Shown here: positions 18,911-28,373 of the stretch, one piece after another
Position numbering within the stretch: position 1 is the stretch's first letter
Layout of the letters: each line of letters starts with the position of its first letter
Program-made: the position numbers and the translations under genes
Source: a virus
Lineage: Duplodnaviria > Caudoviricetes
Virus record (IMG/VR): IMGVR_UViG_3300025652_000060
Location: 1,336-65,335 of that record
DNA length: 64,000 nt
Strand: one strand, 5' to 3'
Notes under the pieces: model-generated
Seen by the model: only the letters and a program-made list of their open reading frames with translations
Database searches by the model: none
What the model was told of the DNA's origin: nothing

Positions 18911-19600
18911 ATGAAATATTTTAAGCATTATTCAGACGTAAGAAATAGCGAATCTATAGCGAATCTTTTAGAGGAATTAGGCCTAGAAGGTTATGCGCGT
19001 TACTGGATTTTACTAGAACTTTTAGCAGAATTATATGACGGAACAAGCACGAAATTCAAAATTCACAAACGAACTTTACGCACGGCGCTCCGGTTTAGAT
19101 CCGGCTTGCAAGCGGATAGCTACGCCGTTGCAATCGGGTTGCAACCGGGTTACACGGTTGTTGTAACCGAAACACATTATTTTATAGACGCAGCTATATT
19201 GTCGGAATTACAGAGTAGGGACTATAAAAAAGCGCGCTCTGACCGCGCAACAACCGCGCCTAAGAATAAGAATAAGAATAAGAATAAGAGTATATGTAAA
19301 ACACCGATTAAAAATGATTTTCAGGATCTTAATTTAAGCGACGCAGCAAAAGAATGGACTAAAAAAATAGGGCAACGCACAACAAAAAAGATGATTGATA
19401 AATATAAACCTGATTTTATTTTAGAAGAAATTTTAGAGGCGTACGAATGGACGCTAGACAACCCGGACAAGAAACGGCCTAACGTTGGGGGGTTTTTAAG
19501 TAATTGGTTTAAAAACTCTAAAAACCCTGACAAGCTTATTGTTGACCCGAATAGTCGGATAGACGCAGAGTTAATTGAAATGCTTACGGGGAAAAAATGA
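18911..19600 (+). CDS. Phage replication initiator-like protein (DUF4373/Lin1244-type N-terminus)
   Basis: YFKH...GLEGYARYWILLELL; KN repeat linker; upstream of an ATPase. Confidence 0.65.
   Translation: MKYFKHYSDVRNSESIANLLEELGLEGYARYWILLELLAELYDGTSTKFKIHKRTLRTALRFRSGLQADSYAVAIGLQPGYTVVVTETHYFIDAAILSELQSRDYKKARSDRATTAPKNKNKNKNKSICKTPIKNDFQDLNLSDAAKEWTKKIGQRTTKKMIDKYKPDFILEEILEAYEWTLDNPDKKRPNVGGFLSNWFKNSKNPDKLIVDPNSRIDAELIEMLTGKK
19262..19290 (+). repeat. (AAGAAT)n microsatellite encoding KNKNKNKNK
   Basis: Four exact hexamers plus a partial copy. Confidence 0.9.
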
Positions 19601-20397
19601 AAAACATCGGGGACATAACACCGCAAGAAATTCAAGCTAGAATTGCAGAGACGAGGAAAATTTATTTCAGATCTAATTTTTCTTTTTTGAATATTCATAA
19701 CGGGTTCCGTCCCGGTAACCTTCACGTTCTTATGGGAACTGCCGGATCCGGTAAGTCGACTTTCATAAGATCTGTTCTAGGGGACTGTTTAGAATCTAAC
19801 TCAATGCTTACGGCCCTAGCGTGGCAGAGTGAGGAAAGCACAACAGAATTACAAGTCAGTATGTTAACGCAAGGGCATAGCAGAGAAACACTTTCAAGAT
19901 TGAACGCCATAAGCGAGCTAGATAACCCTGACAAAAGCGTTGACGATATTCTAGAAAGCGCCCTAGTTATAGGCGCCAAGCTTATTGTATTCGATAATAT
20001 TACTACGTCCCGGTTTTACATGGACAAGAAAATCGAAACATCAAGCGCATTGATAACAAAACTTAAAACATTCGCGGCAGAGTATGAAATTGCAATTGTT
20101 CTAATTGCTCACACGAAAAAAGATATTCACGATAATTACGGGAAACTAATCACAGAGGCAGACATACGCGGCGGCAGTTCGGTTGTTAATATGGCACATT
20201 TTTTCTATGTGCTGCAAAAATTTCAATTAGGTTCTGAATTTTATCCGACGTTGAGAATTATAAAACATCGAGGTCAGGAAACGGATCACAAATTGTTTTA
20301 TTTACAATACGAATCTAAGACAATGTCATACACGCTAGACAGACAAATTGATTTTGAAGCTTTCAAGGAAAAATTTAACTCAAGGAACAAATTATGA
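19597..20397 (+). CDS. RecA/DnaB-like P-loop ATPase (helicase-like)
   Basis: GFRPG...GTAGSGKS Walker A, IVFD Walker B, AH and IRGG motifs. Confidence 0.75.
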   Translation: MKNIGDITPQEIQARIAETRKIYFRSNFSFLNIHNGFRPGNLHVLMGTAGSGKSTFIRSVLGDCLESNSMLTALAWQSEESTTELQVSMLTQGHSRETLSRLNAISELDNPDKSVDDILESALVIGAKLIVFDNITTSRFYMDKKIETSSALITKLKTFAAEYEIAIVLIAHTKKDIHDNYGKLITEADIRGGSSVVNMAHFFYVLQKFQLGSEFYPTLRIIKHRGQETDHKLFYLQYESKTMSYTLDRQIDFEAFKEKFNSRNKL

Positions 20398-20810
20398 TTG
20401 ATAAACTTTACTTATATTTTATCAAGACAAAATACTTAACCACCACCCCGGCAGACGTTGAGAAACTCAAGGAATTGAATGACAAGGTCAATGCGGTTGG
20501 GGCTAACGGCGGAATGTTAGGCGATAGCATTAAGGACGTAATTGAGACGAAATTATTAGGCGGTATTCTCAATCCGGACAAGCGTAAAGCTGACAAATTT
20601 ATTCTATCGACAAAATCAATTATGGACGCATTTATTGAATCTGAATTGAGTTACGAATCAAAAATGAACAGACTTGCACCGGGATCTGGGGAAGTTACAA
20701 CCGGGACGCTAGAGCACTTGAGCAAAAGCGTTGATGCAATTCGTCAGGATATTTTAAAAAACATGACGCCGGACGGCAGAAAAAAGGCTAACGCGTTAGG
20801 TTTAGTGTAG
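20394..20810 (+). CDS. Hypothetical protein
   Basis: Homolog at 52633 (IRQDI...MTP.G..KA.A.GL). Confidence 0.7.
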   Translation: MIDKLYLYFIKTKYLTTTPADVEKLKELNDKVNAVGANGGMLGDSIKDVIETKLLGGILNPDKRKADKFILSTKSIMDAFIESELSYESKMNRLAPGSGEVTTGTLEHLSKSVDAIRQDILKNMTPDGRKKANALGLV

Positions 20811-21122
20811 CGCGTTGGTAGGTTAATGGGAATTAAAAGTAAGGCATACAAATTAACATAGCTCTTAGAGCGCCTTAAACAATTCCAGGATCCACTTAAA
20901 CCATGTAGCGCGTATGTTTAGTTATGTAGCAAAAAATAAAGCTTAGAAACGAAATTAGAGGTTCAAAAATGTTAGGGAAATTACGGTATTTAATCGGGCA
21001 TGGAAAGGCAGCGGCGTCTTATCCTTATAGTGGTCGTTTTATATTTTGGTTAAAATTGCCCCGAGCAATACTATTTGAATTGATATTAACAGTTAAATTT
21101 TACCTAAAGGGAAGGGGACAAA

Positions 21123-21608
21123 ATGAATCTTAAAATGCTTAAAGGGTTAACTCAATACCCTAATAGAAAACTTGCGGATCTTGTCGGGTGTTCTTACTCA
21201 ACAGTTCAAACAAATATAAATCTTAATAGGGATCTATCTATACCCGAGCAACAGAAACGCCTAGAGGAAGTTTATAGATATGAGGAATTAATCAGGGGTA
21301 ACCCCGCCGATAAAATTCTGCTAGTTTATGAATATGAACAATTGACGGGAATTGATTTTGTCCCGGATATTGCTGACAAGAAAAACAGTGTCTATCAACG
21401 TAAAAACAAAAACCAACCTAGTCAGGATCTTAAAAGCGTAAGTCTACAAAGGCTAAAAGATATTCAATCAAATAATTATCAATCAAGAAGTTATGAGAAT
21501 CACACTTATGAAAAAGACATTATAGACAATGAGATTCAACGTAAGGAATTAGCTAAAAATAAAAAAGAACAACGCGCTAAAGAACGTTCAGTCAATTATT
21601 TTGTATAG
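21123..21608 (+). CDS. HTH-containing protein with a C-terminal domain shared with B 53365
   Basis: NRKLADLVGCSYSTV HTH; NNY...Y.NHTY motif. Confidence 0.6.
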   Translation: MNLKMLKGLTQYPNRKLADLVGCSYSTVQTNINLNRDLSIPEQQKRLEEVYRYEELIRGNPADKILLVYEYEQLTGIDFVPDIADKKNSVYQRKNKNQPSQDLKSVSLQRLKDIQSNNYQSRSYENHTYEKDIIDNEIQRKELAKNKKEQRAKERSVNYFV

Positions 21609-21616
21609 GGGGGATA

Positions 21617-21796
21617 ATGGGAATTGATTTTAAAGAGACGGCAATAAATAACATAGACGGTAAAAAGTTTAAATCTAATCACGTAAAAATTTTCGGAGTA
21701 CGGGAACGGATTAACTGTATCAAATGTGATTTATCATCTAGGCAAAAACAGGGTGAGGCTTTCACTTGTCCACATTGTAACGAGGAAAATAAATGA
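21617..21796 (+). CDS. 59-aa zinc-ribbon protein (not in ORF track)
   Basis: CIKCDLSSRQKQGEAFTCPHC; homolog of 54715..54912. Confidence 0.8.
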   Translation: MGIDFKETAINNIDGKKFKSNHVKIFGVRERINCIKCDLSSRQKQGEAFTCPHCNEENK

Positions 21797-21912
21797 TAGC
21801 TTTTATTTTTGGGTTAATAATTTTAATTTTAATAATCATGGCAGTGGTGGCCTTATTTTCTGCCATGCCATTTTGGGCGGCGATAATTATAACGTTGTTA
21901 ATTCTAGGGTAA
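21793..21912 (+). CDS. 39-aa membrane peptide (not in ORF track)
   Basis: ATGA overlap, GAGG SD, two hydrophobic helices. Confidence 0.5.
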   Translation: MIAFIFGLIILILIIMAVVALFSAMPFWAAIIITLLILG

Positions 21913-21916
21913 ATTT

Positions 21917-22183
21917 ATGGAACACTTAAATAGTATTTTTAAAAACGACAAAAAACTTATGAATGAACTCGATACGCTTAAAAAAGAGAATACTAAATTG
22001 AGACGATTTCTTAAAATGGACGGGTTTATAAAAGTTCTAAGAGACAGGGACGACTTAAAAGAAATTATTACGACCATGCAAAAGGATCTTGAGGAACTTT
22101 CTTTAGACACGACTAGCCCGGTAGTAAAATTACATACTAAGATCCTGAAAATCACAGAGAAAGCCAACAATTTGACGGCGTAG
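21917..22183 (+). CDS. Hypothetical coiled-coil protein
   Basis: ORF in operon. Confidence 0.5.
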   Translation: MEHLNSIFKNDKKLMNELDTLKKENTKLRRFLKMDGFIKVLRDRDDLKEIITTMQKDLEELSLDTTSPVVKLHTKILKITEKANNLTA

Positions 22184-22215
22184 GGTAACTTCCTTTAATC
22201 TTTAGTTATAGACGA

Positions 22216-22686
22216 ATGTTTATAATAACGAAGGTTATAACAATGAGTGAAGTTAAAGCGGTTGGACGGCCTACGCTGTTTAATGACGATCTAAAAGAAA
22301 AAATCTTAAAAATGGCAGAGGTAGGACTAACTGATAAACAGGTTGGTTATATTTGTGGTGTTACTTTCCAAACTGTTAACAATTGGAAGAAAGCAAACCC
22401 GGAATTTTTTGAGTCCCTAAAGATAGCTAAGGAATTAGCGGATAATTCTGTTGTGCAATCTATGTATAGAAAAGCTACCGGACAAGTTGTTATCACTGAA
22501 AAACATGAGGGTGTCGATGCTAACGGTAACATTGTAGACAAGACCGTTACAAAAGAAACAGCGCCCGACACATCAAGTATGATTTTTTGGTTAAAGAATA
22601 GGCAACCGGACAAGTGGCGCGATAAACAGGAAGTATCTCTAGAAGTTCAAACTATTCAGATTGATACTAATGACGCCGAACTCTGA
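22216..22686 (+). CDS. Terminase small subunit
   Basis: GRPT, HTH, PDTSSMIFWLKNRQPDKWRD; upstream of TerL (start may be 22243). Confidence 0.85.
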   Translation: MFIITKVITMSEVKAVGRPTLFNDDLKEKILKMAEVGLTDKQVGYICGVTFQTVNNWKKANPEFFESLKIAKELADNSVVQSMYRKATGQVVITEKHEGVDANGNIVDKTVTKETAPDTSSMIFWLKNRQPDKWRDKQEVSLEVQTIQIDTNDAEL

Positions 22687-23950
22687 AAACCTATTCAAGA
22701 AAACCATAACGCAAGTTAAGGCCATTGCATTACTAGCATCGGGCGCCTTACATATTATGTTATATGGTGGTTCTAGATCCGGGAAAACATTTATCTTATG
22801 TTACGCCGTAATTGTTAGGGCCTGTAAAGTTAAGTCTAGACACTGCATTCTTAGATTAAAATTCAATCATGCAAAACGCGCGATATGGTTAGACACGTTA
22901 CCTAAAGTAATGAATATTTGTTTTCCTACTCTTACTTATAAAACTAATTCAACAGACTACTATTTTACATTACCTAACGGTTCCGAAATATGGGTAGGGG
23001 GGTTAGATGATAAAAGTAGGGTTGAGAAAATTCTAGGTAATGAGTATTCAACCTTATACTTTAATGAGTGTTCAGAAATTCCATTAAGTTCAATTAACGT
23101 TGCGCTTACTCGATTAGCTGAAAAGAATACGCTCAAGAAAAAAGTATTCTACGACGAAAACCCGCCCACTAAAAAACACTGGTCATATAATTTGTTCATA
23201 AAACATTTTCACCCCATGAGTGAGGAACCTGTTGATCCTAATGAATATGTTTCAATGGTTATGAACCCGCACGACAACATAGACAATATAGATCCGGACT
23301 ACATAAAAAATATTTTAAGTAAGCTCCCCGAAAATGAACGCCTCCGCTTCCTCAGTGGTGAGTTTATGGACGGGGACGACGGGAGCGCCTACTATGAATT
23401 CAACCGCGAAGTCCACACAACTATGGACGCTATACAACGCCCCGGGACAACGTTTATCTCTATGGACTTTAACGTTGATCCTATGACGGCGGTTTTGTTT
23501 CAGTTCTACAATAATAGTATCTATGTGTTCGATGAAATATTTCTCCGTAATTCCGACACATATAAAATGTGCAAGGAACTAAAAGCCCGAGGCTATGCGG
23601 GATTAAAAGTTATTCCTGATTCTACAGGTGGTAATAGAAAAACGTCAGGCCGTTCAGATTTTGACATACTAAAAGAGAATGGTTTTCAAGTTATGCAAGT
23701 CTATAACCCGTATGTTACTGACCGGGTGAATAATATTAACCGGCTACTTTCTCAAGACAGGATCAAGATCAACCCGACGAAATGCAAAAAGTTGATAAAT
23801 GATCTTGAACAGGTATCATGGTTGAATAACAAGTTAGATCAAAGGGGTGAATCAAAACTCTTAACTCATATTTCAGACTGTTTAGGTTATGGCGCATGGA
23901 GACTTGATCCGTTAGTCGGAAAATCTAGAACAACAATAAAGGCAAGATAA
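22661..23950 (+). CDS. Terminase large subunit (PBSX/Terminase_3-like)
   Basis: YGGSRSGKT Walker A, YFNE Walker B, MDFN and HISDCLGY nuclease motifs. Confidence 0.92.
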   Translation: MILMTPNSENLFKKTITQVKAIALLASGALHIMLYGGSRSGKTFILCYAVIVRACKVKSRHCILRLKFNHAKRAIWLDTLPKVMNICFPTLTYKTNSTDYYFTLPNGSEIWVGGLDDKSRVEKILGNEYSTLYFNECSEIPLSSINVALTRLAEKNTLKKKVFYDENPPTKKHWSYNLFIKHFHPMSEEPVDPNEYVSMVMNPHDNIDNIDPDYIKNILSKLPENERLRFLSGEFMDGDDGSAYYEFNREVHTTMDAIQRPGTTFISMDFNVDPMTAVLFQFYNNSIYVFDEIFLRNSDTYKMCKELKARGYAGLKVIPDSTGGNRKTSGRSDFDILKENGFQVMQVYNPYVTDRVNNINRLLSQDRIKINPTKCKKLINDLEQVSWLNNKLDQRGESKLLTHISDCLGYGAWRLDPLVGKSRTTIKAR

Positions 23951-25398
23951 TGGACATTAGAGAATACGGAATTGCAGCAAGATTAATTCAAGAAATCGAA
24001 TCGGATCAATTCACAACTAGAAGAAAGCAAGAGTATAAATCATATAAAGTGGCAGAGGGGGGGCAACGTGAGTACGTTGTTCAAGAACTTCAAACACTAT
24101 TTCCCGAGTCGTGGAATACAATGCGCGTCTCTGACATAAGCGTTAGTAATAAGATCCTATCAAAATTTAGTAAGGCATATAAAGAAAGTCCTATTAGACG
24201 TTTCGGGAACCAAACGGACGAACTGGAAACTCTATTTAATGAATCTGATTTTGATTCACGCATGGCCGAATTCGACAGGGATTATAACCGTCAACGTTAT
24301 GGGCTTTTATGGGTTAACGAGGTTGAGGGTGAGGCGCAATTTCATTCATTAAAGGGTTTTGAATCTTTTGTTAAAAGGGATCCGGCTACAGGTAAATTGA
24401 AAGCCGTTGTAATTAACTACCCCGGGCGCGCTATAACTCACAGTGGAAATGGAAACGCGGACGGTATTGAACAATCACTAAGTGAAAACCAAGACGACGG
24501 ATCTAGTGAGCATAGAACTTATGTTATGTGGACGGCGGAATATCATGCCATGTGGGTTGTCTCTGATTCTGTTAATCAGGGTAAGACTGAAACGAAAATG
24601 GAAAGCGCAGAGATTGACGGTAACCCGGACGGGATTAACGACTTAGGACGCTTACCGTTTGTTTATAGATCTAAAAACTCAAGTACAAACTTACCTTTTG
24701 TTAATCAACTAACGAGTCAGTCAATAACCTACAATATTTTGAATTCAGACTTTCTAAGCGCAATGGCCTTGCAAGCTTATGGACAATTAGTTATCACACT
24801 AGGTGAGGATCAATCATTAGAACAAATGCATTCGGGTATGACGACAGCGTTACACCTACCTATTGTTCAAGGCGCTGACGTTCAGGCGGACGCTAAATAT
24901 ATCAACCCTAACCCGGATCTTGCGGGAATGAAGTTAACACTTGATAACTATGCGGGTGACATTACAAGCGAGCATTTAGGGCAATCTCAATCAATCAATT
25001 CTAATTCAACTTTCTCTAGTGGCCTAGAGCGTATTGTGGCGCAAGCTGACGTAACGGACATTATTCAGGGGAATCAGAGAATCTATAGTAAAATGGAAAA
25101 AGAAGTCGTAGAAATTCTACAGGCCTATTCATTACTAAGAGAAACAACAGACGAGTTAACTACAATTTTTCCACGCGCAAAAGTACAAATTTCAGACAAG
25201 GAAACTTTAGATAACATTAAGATCCGCCTAGATATGGGACTTATTACAAAAGTAGAGGCCTTACAGATTATAGATCCTAACTTAACTGACGAGGACGCTG
25301 AAACTAAACTTGAAAATATTGCCGACGGTCAGAGTAAAGTAATGAAAACCTTTCTAACACCCCCGGTAGTCGAGGAAAATAATGCCGATAAAGCTTGA
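23950..25398 (+). CDS. Portal protein
   Basis: 482 aa, directly after TerL; SGLER motif. Confidence 0.8.
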   Translation: MDIREYGIAARLIQEIESDQFTTRRKQEYKSYKVAEGGQREYVVQELQTLFPESWNTMRVSDISVSNKILSKFSKAYKESPIRRFGNQTDELETLFNESDFDSRMAEFDRDYNRQRYGLLWVNEVEGEAQFHSLKGFESFVKRDPATGKLKAVVINYPGRAITHSGNGNADGIEQSLSENQDDGSSEHRTYVMWTAEYHAMWVVSDSVNQGKTETKMESAEIDGNPDGINDLGRLPFVYRSKNSSTNLPFVNQLTSQSITYNILNSDFLSAMALQAYGQLVITLGEDQSLEQMHSGMTTALHLPIVQGADVQADAKYINPNPDLAGMKLTLDNYAGDITSEHLGQSQSINSNSTFSSGLERIVAQADVTDIIQGNQRIYSKMEKEVVEILQAYSLLRETTDELTTIFPRAKVQISDKETLDNIKIRLDMGLITKVEALQIIDPNLTDEDAETKLENIADGQSKVMKTFLTPPVVEENNADKA

Positions 25399-25870
25399 TA
25401 CTATTAGTTACGAGTTAGACCTAAAAGAGAAACTTAAAAAGGTTCCTAGATCTGAACGTAAGGAAGCAAAAGAATTAATAGGCGTCTATTTACTGGACGC
25501 TATTCTTAACGACACTGCCGGATCTAAAAGCCCGGTAAGTGGCAAGCGATTCAAGCCGTTGACTAAAGACTATAAGAAGTTAAAGAAATCTAAAGGAAAG
25601 GGAACTAAAGCTGACCTTAGATTGAATGAAGATATGCTACCTAAACTTATATCTAAAAACACTGTTGCGGGTGTAAAGATAGAAATGCGCACGGGATCCG
25701 AAAAGGAATTAGCAAAGGCCTTTAACCATAATACGGGTGACACTTTACCTAAACGTGACTTCCTACCTGACGACGGCGGCAGCGCGGTTGTTCCTAAAGG
25801 CAAAGGATCCGACCAGTTTAGAACATCAATAGTTAAGGGTATAGACGATATAATTGAGGACTTTCTTTAA
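25382..25870 (+). CDS. Virion morphogenesis-family protein (copy 1 of tandem pair)
   Basis: SPVSG..F.PL..Y, HNTGDTLPKRDFLP. Confidence 0.6.
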   Translation: MPIKLDTISYELDLKEKLKKVPRSERKEAKELIGVYLLDAILNDTAGSKSPVSGKRFKPLTKDYKKLKKSKGKGTKADLRLNEDMLPKLISKNTVAGVKIEMRTGSEKELAKAFNHNTGDTLPKRDFLPDDGGSAVVPKGKGSDQFRTSIVKGIDDIIEDFL

Positions 25871-26307
25871 TGGGAATTAAGGTTAAGAAGAAACTATTTT
25901 TAAAAGACTTACCTAAAGAAATCAATAAGCGTTTTGCTAGATCACTTAAAAACGATATTGCTGACGAAATTGTTAGTGAGATCCTACAAGGAAAGTCCCC
26001 GGTTCGGGGCCACAAGTTCATTCAATATTCAAAAAGTTATTCAAAAGTTAAGGGACGTAAAGCCCCGGTTGATATGTTAAAGGAAGGTAAACTTTTAGAA
26101 AGCCTAATAGTTAAACAAGACAAAAAAGGTCGGGTTGAGATATTCTTTAAGGATAAAAAAGCTATATGGCATCAACAGGGCAAAGGATCCTTGCCGGTTC
26201 GTAAGTTGTTACCCGCCAAAAAAGGTGAGCTTTTCAATTTAAAACTGACTAGAATTATAAACAAGATACTAGAAAAAGCTGTTAAGAAAGCGGCGAAAAA
26301 GCAATAA
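25870..26307 (+). CDS. Virion morphogenesis-family protein (copy 2)
   Basis: KSPVRG..F..Y, HQQG...LPVRKLLP. Confidence 0.6.
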   Translation: MGIKVKKKLFLKDLPKEINKRFARSLKNDIADEIVSEILQGKSPVRGHKFIQYSKSYSKVKGRKAPVDMLKEGKLLESLIVKQDKKGRVEIFFKDKKAIWHQQGKGSLPVRKLLPAKKGELFNLKLTRIINKILEKAVKKAAKKQ

Positions 26308-26308
26308 T

Positions 26309-26356
26309 TTTACAAATAGGTATTAAATTACTTAATATTTAAATGAACGAACGTTC
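26309..26356 (+). promoter_or_regulatory. Sigma70-like promoter plus small hairpin before the scaffold gene
   Basis: TTTACA-18-TAATAT; gaacgaacgttc; conserved in B. Confidence 0.5.
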
Positions 26357-26370
26357 AAAGGGAGTAAGTT

Positions 26371-26982
26371 ATGGAAAATCACGAAGGTGAAACAGGACAA
26401 ACAAACGACGAAAAGACTGAACAGTTAGATCCAAGTTTGAAAGCTAATGAAGAATTGTTAAACAAGATTAAAGAACTTGAATCAACAAACGACAGGTTAT
26501 TGAGTCAGTCAAAGGAAAACGCTGAAAAATACAGGTCGATTAGAGACAAGTCAGACGCAAAAGAAAAAGAAGAACTTTTGAAACAGGAAAACTATAAAGG
26601 ACTTCTAGGAAAAAAGAATGAAGAATATTCAAGCCTAGAGGAAAAGTTTAGTAACCTTAAAAAAGTTAGTCTTAAAAAAGACTTAGACTTTACCGTTGCA
26701 AAGCTTATTGACAAGCCCCTTGCTAATGGTGCCAGTGTTGACGACGTAATTGACCACGTTTTAAAGACAGGTGTTGTTGAGGTTCTAGACGATGAAAGTG
26801 GTTTCACTGGAATTGAGGAAGCTTACGCAAAAGTTAAAGAGTCAAAAGCGTTTTTGTTTGACGCAAAAAAGACTTCAATGGTTAACGTTCCTCCGGGCAA
26901 TACACCACCAAGGAATAAAAAACTAACGAGCGCCGAACAATTAAGTGGAGCGTTAACAAACATTTTCAAAAACAAAGGATAA
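26371..26982 (+). CDS. Capsid scaffolding protein
   Basis: Charged coiled-coil directly before the capsid gene. Confidence 0.8.
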   Translation: MENHEGETGQTNDEKTEQLDPSLKANEELLNKIKELESTNDRLLSQSKENAEKYRSIRDKSDAKEKEELLKQENYKGLLGKKNEEYSSLEEKFSNLKKVSLKKDLDFTVAKLIDKPLANGASVDDVIDHVLKTGVVEVLDDESGFTGIEEAYAKVKESKAFLFDAKKTSMVNVPPGNTPPRNKKLTSAEQLSGALTNIFKNKG

Positions 26983-26986
26983 AATT

Positions 26987-27835
26987 ATGGCAGACGCATT
27001 AATGGGCGTAACGGAAACATCGGCAAATAGCCATGAGGAAGTTTCAAGACTAGCTCAAACTTTTTTAATTCAACAAGCAAAACTTGCAAGCACGGTTACA
27101 GATTATTCTAGCCTTGCCGTTCCGGGTGCAGCTTCAATTGCTCTACCTAGAAGTGGGGGCTTTACGGTAGGAGACAAGGCAGAAAATACTTCCGTCGATG
27201 CGCAGGTTATCACGTACGCGAAAGATACTATTTCTTTAGACCAACATAGAGTAGTTCAATTTCTTTTAGAGGACATTGCCGGTGTTCAGTCTAACGTTTC
27301 TATTGTTCAAGATGCTTTAATGAAAGCAACAAAAGGCCTTGCGCTTGATATGGACACAAAAATTATTGCTGAACTTCGACTTGCGTCTGCCTCTGCGCCT
27401 GACCATTTAATCAAGTTTACTGACGCTACTAACGAGGACATTGAACTTGCTGACATTCTTAATGCAAGGGAATTACTTGTTGAGCAAAACATTGATCCTA
27501 GAGAATGCTACATGGGCGTAGGTTCAGATCAAGAACGTTATATGCTTGCAATTGATAACTTTATTTCAGCCGAAAAATATGGAAGTAACGAACCAATCAT
27601 GCAGGGTGAAATCGGTAGAATTTACGGCATGAAAGTCCTCGTACACACGGGATTTTCACAAGAAGCTTGTTTCTGGCACCCGTCAGCGGTTGGTTTTGCT
27701 ATTCAAGCCGGAACACGTTTTCAATCACAACCGGATCTTGCTAACCTTGCAACTAGATACTCTCTAGATTATATCGCAGGTTTTGAAGTTCTTGACAGTG
27801 GTAAAAGACAAGTTCAAATTTCTGAAACTCCTTAA
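26987..27835 (+). CDS. Major capsid protein
   Basis: 282 aa, GEIGRIYGMKV motif, followed by a terminator. Confidence 0.88.
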   Translation: MADALMGVTETSANSHEEVSRLAQTFLIQQAKLASTVTDYSSLAVPGAASIALPRSGGFTVGDKAENTSVDAQVITYAKDTISLDQHRVVQFLLEDIAGVQSNVSIVQDALMKATKGLALDMDTKIIAELRLASASAPDHLIKFTDATNEDIELADILNARELLVEQNIDPRECYMGVGSDQERYMLAIDNFISAEKYGSNEPIMQGEIGRIYGMKVLVHTGFSQEACFWHPSAVGFAIQAGTRFQSQPDLANLATRYSLDYIAGFEVLDSGKRQVQISETP

Positions 27836-27852
27836 TAGTTTCTTAATAATAG

Positions 27853-27878
27853 AGGGGGGCTTAACCGTCCCCCTTTTT
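27853..27878 (+). terminator. Intrinsic terminator after capsid gene
   Basis: aggggggc/gtccccct stem plus T run. Confidence 0.75.
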
Positions 27879-27891
27879 ACGTTGGAATAGA

Positions 27892-28116
27892 ATGGAAAAT
27901 CACACGTTAATTGCAGTGTCGATTGAGGCGCGAACTAGAAGTGAATTATCCGGTAAAATGTTATCAAATAACATCAAGTTAAATCATTTCTTTAGATACT
28001 TCGATATTCAAAAAGACGGTAAACGTTGGGTTGCATGGTATTATGCTGACATAAGAAATCAAGTTCTAGAACATCAAATTAAAATTGCACAACAAAAACC
28101 CGAGGTGACTGAATGA
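27892..28116 (+). CDS. Hypothetical virion-region protein
   Basis: Homolog at 63021. Confidence 0.7.
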   Translation: MENHTLIAVSIEARTRSELSGKMLSNNIKLNHFFRYFDIQKDGKRWVAWYYADIRNQVLEHQIKIAQQKPEVTE

Positions 28117-28373
28117 AGCCCGTTACCAAGGACATGGAAAAAAAGAAATTCATAGATCCTGACACTCAAACACCTAGCGTGAGGGTACAGTTAGGAAATG
28201 GTTTTCAACCTAACGCCCTAGCGAAATACGTTGAGGCCGTTTATACTAATAGCAATATGACAGTAACTTATAATTATTACGAATCTAGTTCTAAAGTTAC
28301 TTTATACGACACTATAGTTACTGATTATTCTGTTCCTCAAGACACGGAATTTTCGAGCGCATCATGGGCTTAA
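28113..28373 (+). CDS. Hypothetical virion protein
   Basis: Homolog at 63242. Confidence 0.7.
   Translation: MKPVTKDMEKKKFIDPDTQTPSVRVQLGNGFQPNALAKYVEAVYTNSNMTVTYNYYESSSKVTLYDTIVTDYSVPQDTEFSSASWA

Noticed and set aside
21726-21929. ORF-track 67-aa protein
   Set aside because: Overlaps the conserved zinc-ribbon gene 21617..21796 and the membrane peptide in other frames.
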